From Callorhinchus milii (lineage: Eukaryota), in assembly GCF_018977255.1 (NCBI RefSeq), contig NW_024704742.1:15812001-15876000 (forward strand): a stretch of DNA of 64,000 nt, given 5' to 3'. The notes under the pieces were generated by a model, which saw only the letters and a program-made list of their open reading frames with translations, did no database searches and was not told the DNA's origin. Position 1 is the stretch's first letter. Each line of letters opens with the position of its first letter. Both the position numbers and the translations under genes were made by a program. Positions 12,966 through 24,350 of the stretch are shown in pieces.

Positions 12966-13852
12966 TTTTTAATGACACTGCAATTTTTAAAAATTGTTTG
13001 TTTATTGTTTATTGTTGTCAAAATTGGTGCTTCAACATATCAAAACTACAATATTAGGGAAAAATCATTAAACAAGGGAAGCAAAATAAATGATTATGGG
13101 CTGGCACCATTTACTTTTAAGATTAAATATTGATTTTAAAAGACCCTGTAATGCTTACATGCAAAACCTTCACAAAGCTGAAATCAACCATAGACATTTT
13201 CATTTCAGATGGCAGAGTCCATTGCTCTTGATCTCAATCATCTTCATGGTTCACTGTGCCTCAGTGCCAGTGAGGAACTGAAAAGGTACACCAAAGGGAC
13301 CAGTTAGAAATGGATTGACACATTGTGTAACTACTGCAAAGTTTTCTCCCAAACTCTCCTTCTGATCTGATGTTGATTTCATTTTTAAAGAAGCTGTTGA
13401 CATTGTTAAGCAGACACGATTTGTTTTGTAAGCTAAACTTAAAAGTTACAATCATTGAGGAACCAGTTGAAAGCCTTTCAATTATTAATTTTAAAATGAG
13501 GAGTCCTATCACAGCTGGAGGGAAGGTCGACTATTATTCTGTGACCTAACTTTGACAGCTTAGGGACTGTTTGTTGTGTCAATGAATCATTTAAACACAG
13601 ATTTCTAATAAATATAGATTTTATTTTTATGTTACATTTTGAATCTCAGAGACAAAGGGTTGCATGTGAGAGTTCATGGCTTGCTTCTTCACCTATACAA
13701 TTAGGATCTGAGATTGGTGGAGATTTTATTAAACCTGAACATCAATAGCTATTCCTAGTCAACTTTACATTGTTTATTCTCGAATTAGTAGGCAGTGCAT
13801 TGCAAGATCACAAATTGTTTCATATGAAGAAGGTGCTTTGGCCCATGTACAT

Positions 13853-14200
13853 AGAGTGATATGACACAGAAACAGGCCATTCTGCCCAACTAGTCTATAC
13901 TGGTGTTTATACTCTCCACATCTCCTCCTACCACCCCTCCTATATCATTCAATTTAGTTCTCCCTTATGTATGGCTCAAGATCTTGCTTCAATCACAGCT
14001 TCAATTTGAAGTGAATGAAAATAGTGTTTATGTTGTACTTACTCACCTGATCTCATGACCCACCATCCTCCCATTCCAGTATCACATTGCTTTTTAAATG
14101 AGCTCAGTGTTTTAACCTTAACTACCCTTCCTGGCAACCTGTTCCAATCATTAATTACCCTCTGAGTAAAGAAAAGCTTTTACACACATCTATGAGGTCT
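13853..14200 (-). mobile_element. Old CR1 3' fragment(s)
   Basis: acacagaaacaggccattctgcccaac...; actacccttcctggcaacctgttcca...accctctgagtaaagaa. Confidence 0.6.
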
Positions 14201-15001
14201 CTGAGTCATCTTCTCGCATGGTACTCCAATTGTTCAAACAGATTTGAAGAATTAAAAGGGCTCTGTACAAATCCCCTACTAGCTAATAGGTAAAACAGAT
14301 TACTCCGGAAAATAGAAAGTTTTTTTTCTTTGTTTAGAATACAGATAAGTATCATTGACTCGATGATCTGAATAGCCTTCTTTTGTGCTGTAAATTTCTA
14401 TGGTAAATAAAAAAAATTCAAAGCTGGCAAGAATATGAAATGCAACTTAATAATTATCACCAGTAGTAATTTCCAGGGCAGAAAAAATTATATCTTTGAA
14501 AAAAACTGTCTTGATATCAAGAATCCCCCCTGCTGACTTTTAGAGAATGGTTTCTCCCTCCAACCACTTTAGAATTCAAAATGTCTTTAATTGAGTTAGT
14601 GCAATCATTAAAATCCTTATTGCAGATCTCAGGGAAGTTATTAACTTTTAATTTGATTTTGTAATTTCAGTTTTGAGACAGAAGGTGGTGAAACAAGGTT
14701 AAATCTCTGCTACCTTAACCGTCCATGTCTTCTATTAGCCTAAATCTCACTCAAAAATGAACAGTAGCGGCAGAGAACAAAGTTTGCTTTAACCTATTGT
14801 TTAAGAACAAAAATTAGGAGCGTTTTTAGATCACATTAGAAATAAAGTAAATCTTTGAAGAATAAAATTAGATAATTAACTGAATAGGGGAGAAGGAAAA
14901 ATGAATAGCTTCACTTATTAACTGATATTAACAATCTTTGTATTTGGTAGAGTGCCCTTAATGCTTCACAGTAATAACTGTTAAGTGTAGTGACTCTACA
15001 A

Positions 15002-15350
15002 GTGTCAGCCTAGCTCAGTTGGCAACACTCTAGGCTCTGAGTCGAAGTAGGTTGTACTCCCACATTGGCACTTTGACTTCACTTCCAAGGGTGACATTCC
15101 ATTACAGTCCCTGGTGCTGCATTGTTGGAGCTACCGTCCTTCAGATAGGATGTTAAAGTAATGTCCTGTCTGTTCCGATAGATATTAAAAATCCCAAGGC
15201 ACTATACAAAAAAAGGAAAAGGGAGTTTCTCCTATTGGCTAATAAGCAATCAGATAAAAAATGTTGTTTACTTCATAGCAATTTGTGTGACATTTTAAAT
15301 TGGCTGCTGCATTCACCAAAAGAAGTACAGTCATTGCACTAGTGCCACTC
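15002..15350 (+). mobile_element. Family-A SINE
   Basis: gtgtcagcctagctcagttggcaacactc head and the central domain. Confidence 0.8.
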
Positions 15351-15883
15351 AATCTTTGACATATAGGCAGCCGGGATTATAATGTTTTCATCCGAAAGAC
15401 AGCACCTCCAAAACTGAATTGCCCCCTCTTTTCCCAATGCTGCACTGGCCTTCCAGTCTAAACTGTAATCTCAAAGTTTCAACATGCAAATGTTATTGAT
15501 TCTGTTGAGTTTACTTGTGTAGGGTTAGCATGGCAGTAATAAATCTGTTCTTGTCATCAGATGTTTTATTACTGCATGTTAATGTTGGTTTCAGCATCAT
15601 TGTCTAACTTCAAAAATAGTTGGCTCAGAGCAACAGGAAAGTTCCTTGAAATTTCTGGCAGCTTTATGGTTAATCTCAGAGTTTTGGCTCACTTGCCCAA
15701 GATCAAAACTAATTCCATTACACTTAGCAGACTGACCCAGTGCTCTCAGAATGTTCCAGGAAAAACTCAGAATTCCATTAACTACAAATCCAAGTGGACA
15801 GTCTCCTAATAAAAGAGTACATAAAATTCTGTGTCTGAATTGATTCTGTTAGTGACTTCATGAAGAATATATACTTTAATATA

Positions 15884-16062
15884 TAGTCAAACCTGTCTTC
15901 AACAACCACTCAGGTGACTAGGCCAAGGTGGTCTTTATATAAGGATGACCTCTCAGTAAGTGTTTGTCAGTGTGCAAAACGGGCTTTCCGTGCTTTTCCA
16001 GGTTGGTTGTTAACAGGAGGCTAATTACTGAATGAAAGTAGTTGTTTGAACTGGTTTGACTG
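15884..16062. mobile_element. Tc1/mariner-pogo (Tigger-like) MITE
   Basis: Imperfect TIRs (c/t)agtcaaacctgt...caaccact / agtagttg...actggtttgactg, flanked by TA at 15882-15883 and 16063-16064. Confidence 0.65.
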
Positions 16063-16445
16063 TAGTTGCTTCTTGGTGTAGTCTTGTTGCAAAATTTAAA
16101 AGGGGAGCCCAATTTGAGTGTGGGTTAAATGTTCCTCACTCCACCACAGCAAACCAAGAGTAAAAGAAAGCACTGATCTGCAGCTGAAATCTGGGGATAG
16201 AAATAGCAGACCTAATAAATAATTACTTAGCACCTGCCTTTACTGAAGAAGAGAATGAAGAACCTTAGAAGCACTTATTGATAAAATAGTTGAAATCCAA
16301 TCATAAACAAGCAATTACACAGTTACAATATTTAGCAGCTATCACACCCTTTATTAGTTAAATATCATAATGTGATTTACAGAAGATGGAGTGGGAGTCT
16401 GAACAGGGTAGGAGTTTGGGGAAAGGAAAGGAGGGAAATGAAGTT

Positions 16446-16570
16446 CATAGAATTATATTTGGCCGATCATATCTGTGCTGGCTCTTTGAAAAGAGCTATC
16501 CAATTCAATCCCACTACCCCGCTCTCTCCCCATAGCCCTGTAAACTTGTCTTCCCCAAATAATTATCTAC
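16446..16570 (-). mobile_element. CR1 3' stub
   Basis: catagaattat...gtgctggctctttgaaaagagctatccaatt...ccccgctctctccccatagccctg. Confidence 0.8.
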
Positions 16571-17639
16571 AGTTGAAAATAAGTTGCAGTAAAATAGGTA
16601 GTATTTTTTAGAAGGGTTTAAAATGTGTAGAGAGAGGGCATGAAGTGGAATGACTGAGACCGAACAGTTCCAAACAGTGAGAGCAAGATGGCTAATGGAC
16701 TACAACATGGAGTTGAAATTTGCAACAAGATTCATAAATATTACATTTGCCCAGTAACTGTAAATGCAGCACACCAATTTGCCTGAACCTTGCTCTGATG
16801 TGATCTCCTGAACGCATTTAAAAAGTGCTCTGCAGGTTGGTTTAATACATGGTTGGTTATTGGCAGAATTTAAAATCTATGAATCTTTGGTAGATACTGC
16901 TTATTTGACATCCATTGGCATATTTTGTCTGTGAATCAGCTTACTCCTGCCACAAAACCCACAGAAACTCTTTTCGGTTGTTTGGCTGAAGACTCAGCAG
17001 TCTAAAGCAAGTCCAAGCTTTCTGATTGTTGCTTGATCCCAGCAGACTACAATGCAGCTAATCCAAGTGAATTGAGGCAAAAACTCTAGGTTTTATTGTG
17101 TACATTAAGTGACAGGAGCAACTGGCCCATATGGTTTCCAAATCTTTGTACCTTCGGATATATTGTTAACTTTATTTCCATTGAATTATCTAGTCATTTA
17201 TTTAACACATAACACAAGTAAGCACACAATTAAAGCAGTTTGAAGTTGTTTCTTTTTCCTGTTTTATTTATAATTCTCTGATTTTGCTCCTTTTCAGTTC
17301 TTGACACATTTCACCCAAAGAAGCATCTTTCAAGCCAAATGTTCAATCTGCATTTTGAAATTTGTTTAAGCGGTATAGTGATTCTAAGAAATGCCATTGT
17401 TGTGTTAATAAAATGATTAATTGCAATATTAGCAAATCAAATTATTTATGATTTCATTCCAAAATGATCTAAATTGGGACTTTTCAGAATCATGAGTTTA
17501 CAAAAGAAAATAAGAACATAAGTTTGATTGTGTTCTTTTGTTAACGGGTATATAATATTGTTCAGCTAGTATCATCCTATTCACTGGGGCTTTGACTTAT
17601 AGCATTGAGAATGTATCCACAAGCTATGATTCACTGATG

Positions 17640-17710
17640 AACCAGGCAACACTGCAATGATTCAAGTCATTTTTGGTGGATGACTTGAATCATTGCAGTG
17701 TTGCCTGGTT
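17640..17710. repeat. Perfect inverted repeat, 31-bp arms with a 9-nt spacer
   Basis: aaccaggcaacactgcaatgattcaagtcat - ttttggtgg - atgacttgaatcattgcagtgttgcctggtt; arms are exact reverse complements. Confidence 0.97.
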
Positions 17711-18897
17711 TTTAGTGTGCCTCCTTGAAGCCAGTTCAACCTCAGGGAGATCCTGCTTACTTCTCCCCAAAGACAAATAATTTATTTAGGCACAGTCCTC
17801 AGTTTAATGTTCTCAAAGGGGTAAAGGGTTGGAAGGACTGACCAATACTGAAACCTAAATCCATCGCAAGTCCAATGCTCAGCCAACCATTGAGGTGTCA
17901 CATAAATGAAAAGGAAATGGCTTAGCTCAATGGAATACAAGTGTTTAGATCAGACATATGATAAGATCATGCAAGCAGATTTTAATGTGGCATTAAACTA
18001 TTGATTTTTTTCTGCTACAGTAGTTCTTTCTAATAGTTTTCTTCAAGATTTAGCGCACTCTGTGTCTATTCCAGAATTCAGTCTCAAGCTCCATTATTTT
18101 ACTCACAATGCAATCTTTTCATGACTTCATTTCATTTGCTTTGCCATTGGTGCAGCCTGATTGAAAATGTGGCCCTAATTACCTGCAGATCCATCAAGCA
18201 GTTAGCAGACGCAGTGCGGATATTGCTCACTATGTAGGCAAGCTCCGAGTAGTGAAACTTTTAAGATTGACTCCTAATCGGTAGAACAATTATTATTTAA
18301 GTATTATTTATTATTTAGTATTTATAATATTATTGTAGCACAATATTTGAAAAATGGACAACAAACTCTTATAAAAGAATGATCATACTTCTGTTGATAA
18401 ATAATTTCTTTGATCGTTTTGCTTTTTGTGTCTTGACGAACAATCCTCCGGATTAATTGATCATTCCCTTATGGCTGTGGTCACTCAATGATGGCTGCTA
18501 GTTGGATCTGTCTTGAACAAAATGGTTGCCAATAAACACAGTCACTACATTTGGAAGCAATTCACTGTGAGGCACTTTGAGGCAGTTTGACATTAAAGCT
18601 GTCACATCAAATGCAAGGATTACTACTTTTAAGTTTATTACAACCGAGCAGAGCACTGCAATTCCTGCAATTCCCTTCCTAATCAAGTAACAGAGATTCA
18701 TGCTTCAACAGAAAGGGAGTAGAGGAAGAACAATGAGAACAATTTTTTTCTGATTGATTCTAGGAAATTCCACTTTGTCAATTTCTTACTGGGAGGAAGA
18801 GATGATCTCCACCCTCCCCTGACTTCGGCACAAACCTTCCCATTTTTGTCATTGAATTTAACAGCTCGCAAAGCAAGATATTTAAATGTCAGATTGT

Positions 18898-19130
18898 GAA
18901 ACCTTGGGCAAGTTTCCTTACTCCACAAGCCTGATAATAATCCCTCAAGAAAAAAAATAATAAAATTGGTCACTTCAATCCACGACTATTTGTGAGACAC
19001 AACTGTGCGCAATTGGCTGCCATGTTTTGCCCACAAATATACAGTCAATTTACTTTATAGTATATTCTGTGAAGAGCTTAGATACGTCTAGAAGACATCG
19101 CTATCAAATGCAAGGATTATTATTATTATA
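18898..19130 (+). mobile_element. 5'-truncated family-B SINE
   Basis: gaaaccttgggcaagtttccttactccac...ataataatccctc matches the complete copies at 54984 and 58579. Confidence 0.85.
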
Positions 19131-19300
19131 ATGTGAATGACCAATTTTGTGGGGGATAATGTTGACCAGGACACCCCAGGACACAGGGAAAAACTCAATT
19201 CCCTTTCCAAATTGAGCCATGAGATCTTGAACATCCACCTGAACAGGCAGCTGGGACTTTGACAAAACGCAAAATACTGCAGATGCTGGAAATCTGAAAA

Positions 19301-19523
19301 CAACAACAACAAGATTCCATTTATAGAGCGCCTTTCACGTCAGGAGGACGTCCCAAGGTGCTGTACAGTTGGGTCAGGACCCGAGCAGGGGGGAAATGGT
19401 CAGAGTGAGGGGAGGGAAGGGAGGGAGCGAGGAAGGGGGAAATGGTCAGGGTGAGGGGAGGGAAGGGAGGGAGCGAGGAGGGGGTAGAGAGTCGAGAGGG
19501 GAGCTGAAGGCACGGTCAAAGAG
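19301..19523 (-). mobile_element. Young L2 3' stub with an internal tandem duplication of about 46 bp
   Basis: Reverse complement of 19301-19357 differs by one base from 29341-29397; ggggaaatggtcag...gagggagcgagga occurs twice. Confidence 0.8.
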
Positions 19524-19590
19524 AAAAACAAAAACAGAAGTCGCTGGGAACACTCAGCAGGTCAGGCAGCATCCGTGGAGAAAGGAAAGT

Positions 19591-19630
19591 GAGTTAACAT
19601 TTCGGGTCCAAGACCCTTCTTCAGAACAAA
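19591..19630 (-). ncRNA. Putative minimal type-I hammerhead ribozyme motif
   Basis: Minus strand reads GUU-CUGAAGA-A-GGGUC-UUG-GACCC-GAAA-U-GUU-AAC: core boxes, a 5-bp stem II, a 3-bp stem I and almost no stem III. Confidence 0.5.
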
Positions 19631-20627
19631 GGGTCGTGGATCCGAAATGTTGACTCACTTTCCTTTCTCCACCGATGCTGTCTGATCTGCTGAGTGTTCC
19701 CAGCGACTTCTGTTTTCATTTTCAGATAGGACGTTGATTTTGACTTCTCTTCCGAAAGGACACCTCCAACAATGCAGGCCTCGCCCAGCACTGCATTGAA
19801 GTGTCAACATACATTATGAAAATTTCATTAGTTTCCTAAAGTATAACATATTTACCACTAATACTGTATATTTAAACCTGAGACTGCTGTGCATTCCCTC
19901 TCCCCTCCCCCCACAGTGCTTTCCGAGTGATTTATAGAATAAAATGAGAAGATTCAATGAAGGGCACCACCTTTACTGAGGTCTGACGTTTTTTTAATTA
20001 CATTTATCTTCTGAAGATTTTCAATCAGTTACCAAGCTGCACCAAAGAGATTACACATCACGGGATAATAATTAAAGCACTAAAGGGTTTATAGGTTGAA
20101 ACATCGTTGCAAATAAAAACAATTTTGAAATACCAAATCCATTAACATGTTACAGGTGCTCTCCTAAGCAAGGAGAGGTTCTTCTGATTCAAAATATGCC
20201 ACAAAGCTTTACATAAATTAGAAAGAGGAAAGGAGGAGTAGTGAGACCAGGTAAAATTATTTGTGTCTTAAACTAATTTGTGCTTTAATCTTTTCTCACT
20301 CTCATTCACATATGTTCTCTCCACAACTCTCAAACTCCCCCCACCTGTACACAATTCTGAGCTTAACTATCCGCTCTGCATATACAAGATTTTCACCTTC
20401 TCTGGGATAACCTTGAACCTCTGTGACCAACTTTCACTCTCTGCATAATGATGGGACCCTCTTCCAAGTCTCAGCCTGATTTTCCCTGAACCTAAGTGAC
20501 TCCAGTGTCCTCCTCCCATTTATCTCAGACTAGCTGTACCCGTTGCAGCTTCGCTTGCAACCAAAAGATTCAATATGGAATGTAGATTGACACAGATACA
20601 CACAGACAGACATCTCATCTTTATCTA

Positions 20628-20715
20628 GACTCCTGTGGGAGGACTCCTGTGGGAGGACTCCTGTGGGAGGACTCCTGTGGGAGGACTCCTGTGGGAGGAC
20701 TCCTGTGGGAGGACT
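20628..20715. repeat. Perfect 14-bp minisatellite (gactcctgtgggag) x6.3
   Basis: Six identical units plus gact, counted directly. Confidence 0.97.
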
Positions 20716-20812
20716 TGGTGCTTTAAAAATTTAATTTTGCTGTTGTTGCCACAGCTTAGCTTTGTCTGTGTCCTTTATTTTGTTCCTGCCATTTGGCAAC
20801 GTGTGTGCTCTG

Positions 20813-21015
20813 TGGTCAGCCATCATGGCCACCAGGTGTAACTCCAGTGCATGCATACATACGTACGTGCTCTATAATGCATGATGCCACAGCGCCATGG
20901 TCAGCCGGTGCGGTCACCAGGTGTAACTGCAGTGTATGTGCACATATGTGGGTGGTCTGTGACACATAATGCCACAGCGCCACTTTGACTAAGCAGCCAC
21001 CAGGTGTAACTGCAG
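20813..21015. repeat. Imperfect tandem repeat of about 85 bp (about 2.3 units) inside the Helitron
   Basis: caccaggtgtaact at about 20830, 20915 and 20998; atgccacagcgcca at 20884 and 20969; tggtcagcc at 20813 and 20898. Confidence 0.85.
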
Positions 21016-22119
21016 CAAAAAATTCAAAACTGAAAATAACTGATGAACGATAGGAGATACCTGAAAACAAATATGACCATGTCACTCCCAATTGCAATAC
21101 CTTTCCGACGAAGTATAAATCATGTCTCTATGTCAATTGGTTATTGAGATCCTTCTTGAAGCGCAGACAGACATTGTCGTTTTATTAGTATAGATTATGA
21201 CCACATTTGCTCTTTGGATACACCTCCTCAATATGTTCAAATTTCATTCAGTACTGCCCATGTGCCTTTCTCCCATCTGTCTCTCACTTGTTCTTCCTGC
21301 TTTTGTGTGGCCACTTCCAAATTCCCCTCATCCGTATATTTCTGTCCTCCATCATGCACAACTAATTTCATGAAGGTCATGGCAGGATCACTTGGGAATG
21401 TTGGAATATTCGAGTCAATTTGAGAATGGTAACAAATTTCAGATACTCCTTATGAACCATAAGCTGGTGACCACATCATATGGTCTAAAACTTTATTCTG
21501 GGGCGAAATTCCCTTCTCTAACCATCATAAGGATTGCTCAGAATATATAATAATGTCACAAACACATGCATTATTAACAGTTATTTCCTAGCTTGCAGAA
21601 GATAAAATATAATAAAATCTTGCTGCGATTTTGTAAGAATTTTTTTTAATATATATTATGGATATAATAATGCAATTATAACCCTGAATAAACGGGGTCC
21701 CTGCTTTCATTTACTGTCTACCTTGGATTTGAAGGCTGTAAGGAATATTTCTTGTTTGTCCAAGGGATAGACACATGCATTTGGTTACACTGCAGACAAA
21801 GTATATGGTCTTAGAGGAAAGGCAACTTTAAAGGGTTGTTTCTAATTTCAAGGACATATTTGATTTCTTATTTTGCAACCCGGTAGTAAATCAGTTACTG
21901 GAAGCCAAATGAAGATCAGCACAATTGAGTTTTTATTTCATCACAAAGCTGTTCTCTTTGCAACAAGCAGGAGTTTACGAATGTTTGAGGATTAGGAATA
22001 GATTGTATTACATTATCAGTTATCAACAAAGGTGGAATGTTTTAATGGACATCATCTGAACCTTCAGAATTAATTTGCACCTGTTTACAAATTAATTCTC
22101 ATCTTTTATAATATATACA

Positions 22120-22472
22120 TAATAATCATAATCCTTGCATTTGATATAATGCCTTATCGCCTCTTTAAGGCATCTCAAAGTGCTTCAGAGAATATACTGT
22201 AAAGTGAATTGGCTATATATTTTGTGGGTGAAACGCAGCAGCCAATTGCTCACAGCAGTGTCCCACAAACAGTCATGGATTGTGTGACCAAATTATTGCT
22301 ATTATTTTATTTTTCTGAAGTGATAATAATCCACAGAAAAGTGATTTACCAAACAACTAACAACCAGGTTCCTAAAGAAACTTGTCTAAGGTTTTGCCCT
22401 GCCCAGGAATCGGACCCACATCCTTTCGCTTGCTAGGCGAGTGCAGTACAGTACAGTAGGCTACAAGATTCC
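22120..22472 (-). mobile_element. Family-B SINE, diverged
   Basis: Reverse complement gives ggaatcttgtagc...ctcgcctagcaagcga...gggtccgattcctgggcagggcaaaacctt and the shared tail. Confidence 0.8.
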
Positions 22473-23457
22473 ACAATATGACATTTATATGGCAGAGTAC
22501 AATGGGAATCACCAACAATTTACATTTATATAGCTCCTTTCATATCGGGAGGACGGCTCAAAGTGGTTCACACAGTAGTTCACACAGGAGGGAGGGAGGG
22601 GATGAAATATGACTGAAAGCACGGTCAAAAAGATCGGTCTTAAAGCCATGCTTATTCCAATTAAATATAGCACTGAGATTACCATTTAAAGACATTCCAA
22701 GTTCTCAGCAGAGAAATACGTGAATGTTGAATTGTGCTGTGCGATAATGTGTATTATGTATGCATTATGAGTTTGGTGTCAGTTGTCTAAGATAGATTCT
22801 GAAAGCCATAGTCTTAACAGTGCATGCGACTAATAGGAAGGCATCATTTTTAGCAGCAGCAAAGTACAATTATGTAGATATTTAAAGCACATTCAGACGT
22901 TTCCTATTTGAAGGGCATTATATAAATGTTGTTTATGTTGACTTTTGAAACTACAATGCTGTTATTGTACTGAATTAAACAGTTTACATTTCAGTAAAAG
23001 TCTTATTTATGAAAGGCTATCTATTATCGTCTCATAATGGAGTCCTTCTGATCTTATTTTGCCTCTACTCTGATAGCCCAGTGGGTAAAGATTACCACAT
23101 CCCCTCCTTCAAAGCATTGTGTTTTGGCTTAAGGTTGAGGCTAAAATTTCCATGTTTCCATTGGTGTTTTTGATCTCACAGAGCGTTATTTCATGGAGTA
23201 CCAATTTACTGATATTGGTATTCTGCAAAGCAGCATTTGAACACTAGCTCTGTTTGGAAAAATAATTGAGCCCACTGAATGGGAATCAAAGATTCTTGAA
23301 GAATAGGGGGTGGGGGGAGGATGGGGTCACACCTCAAATAAATTAATTACAGAGTTCCCCTGTTTCCCAACATATTTCATGTGGTATTTATAAACAGTTA
23401 TTTTTACCGTAGACCTGTAAAAGGAGTGGGTTTAATGTATATTCCATACCTAAACAA

Positions 23458-23720
23458 AGGAACTAACAGAGGCCATTCAGCCCATTGAGTTTGTTTCGCT
23501 AAATTATTAGATGACTCACTTCTCTGTCTTTTCTCCATATCTCTTCAATGGTCTTCCTTCCCAAGTTTCCATCTCTCTTTTAAACATACCAATTGGTTTT
23601 GTATCTGGGGCAGAGCATTCCACTTTTCACAACCCTCCATGTGAAACATTGTTTCCTGATATCACTTTAAATACATCATTAGATCATCCTCAAGCCCAGG
23701 GAATATAATTTCATTCCATG
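23458..23720 (-). mobile_element. Old CR1 3' fragment
   Basis: aggccattcagccc...ggcagagcattccac...acaaccctc. Confidence 0.6.
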
Positions 23721-23829
23721 CTTTCTACTATTCTTATGTTCTAATTTTTTTTTCTTGGTAGGTTGCAAATGATAATGTTAATTGTTTCACTATATTCACA
23801 TTTTCACAGCACTTGATATAACACAGTAC

Positions 23830-24350
23830 AATACAATTTGTTTTATATGACACCTTACACGGCAATAGGACATCTCAAAGCACTTCACAATGGTAGCTGG
23901 CATCCGAGCTACGGTTGGGAGCCAAGAGGAGTAAGGAGGAGAAAAATAACCAAAAGAGTGGTCAAAGAGGTAAGTTTTGAATGAGGGAGGCAGAGGATTG
24001 AAGGGACTCCAGAGTGAAGTTCCAGAGAGTAGTGACAGAATGTTTGAAAGCCCACCCACAATAGTAAACTGAATAGAGTGGGGAACATGAAGCAAGCCAA
24101 TGATCACTAATTCAAGGGTGTGGTCGGGTCAGTATGGTTGAATGAGGTTTCGCAGGAGGCTTTGGGCGAGACAGTGAAGGAATTTGAATATGAAAATGAG
24201 GATCTTGACCTCGATCCACTGGGACATGGGGAACCAGTGTAGTGGAGGGAAGATGGAGGTGATAGGCTCCCGAGTCTGGTGCAGGAGAGTTCATGGGCTA
24301 CAGATAGACTGCAGTTTGGATAGAGAAGAGCTGGAAAGGCCTGTGAGCAG
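23830..24350 (-). mobile_element. L2 3' fragment
   Basis: gtggtcaaagagg...gttccagagag...tttgaatatgaaaatgaggatcttga...ccactgg is the reverse complement of L2 C-terminal coding sequence and tail. Confidence 0.7.

Larger units (their letters stand above)
19262..19727. mobile_element. Palindromic element resembling inverted Penelope-like pseudo-LTRs, interrupted by an L2 stub
   Basis: About 88-bp inverted arms (19531-19618 / 19629-19716) plus the arm start caaaatactgcagatgctggaaatctgaaa at 19262-19300; second copy at 29520-29824. Confidence 0.7.
19131..19820 (-). mobile_element. Family-A SINE split by nested insertions (host parts about 19131-19258 and 19723-19820)
   Basis: The body breaks at acctgaacaggcag...ggac and resumes at cagataggac...ccgaaaggacacctccaacaatgca. 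Confidence 0.75.
20530..21194 (-). mobile_element. Non-autonomous (probably composite) Helitron
   Basis: Minus strand begins A|TCTATACTAATAAAACGACAATGTCTGTCTG and ends GTTGCAAGCGAAGCTGCAAC(hairpin)-GGGTACAG-CTAG|T; inserted in an AT dinucleotide without TSD. Confidence 0.75.

Noticed and set aside
10086..17400. Several small AG...GT-bounded open segments (e.g. 10086-10141 +, 13209-13285 +, about 15693-15805 -, about 16945-17001 -)
   Set aside because: Peptides are unrecognisable, they lie on both strands, and they cannot be joined into a coherent gene without expression data.
17634..17715. Hammerhead ribozyme using CTGATGA just before the perfect hairpin
   Set aside because: The stem is followed by ttttt rather than the required GAAA box.
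20628..20715. CRISPR-like array
   Set aside because: Contiguous identical 14-mers with no spacers, in eukaryotic DNA with no cas genes.
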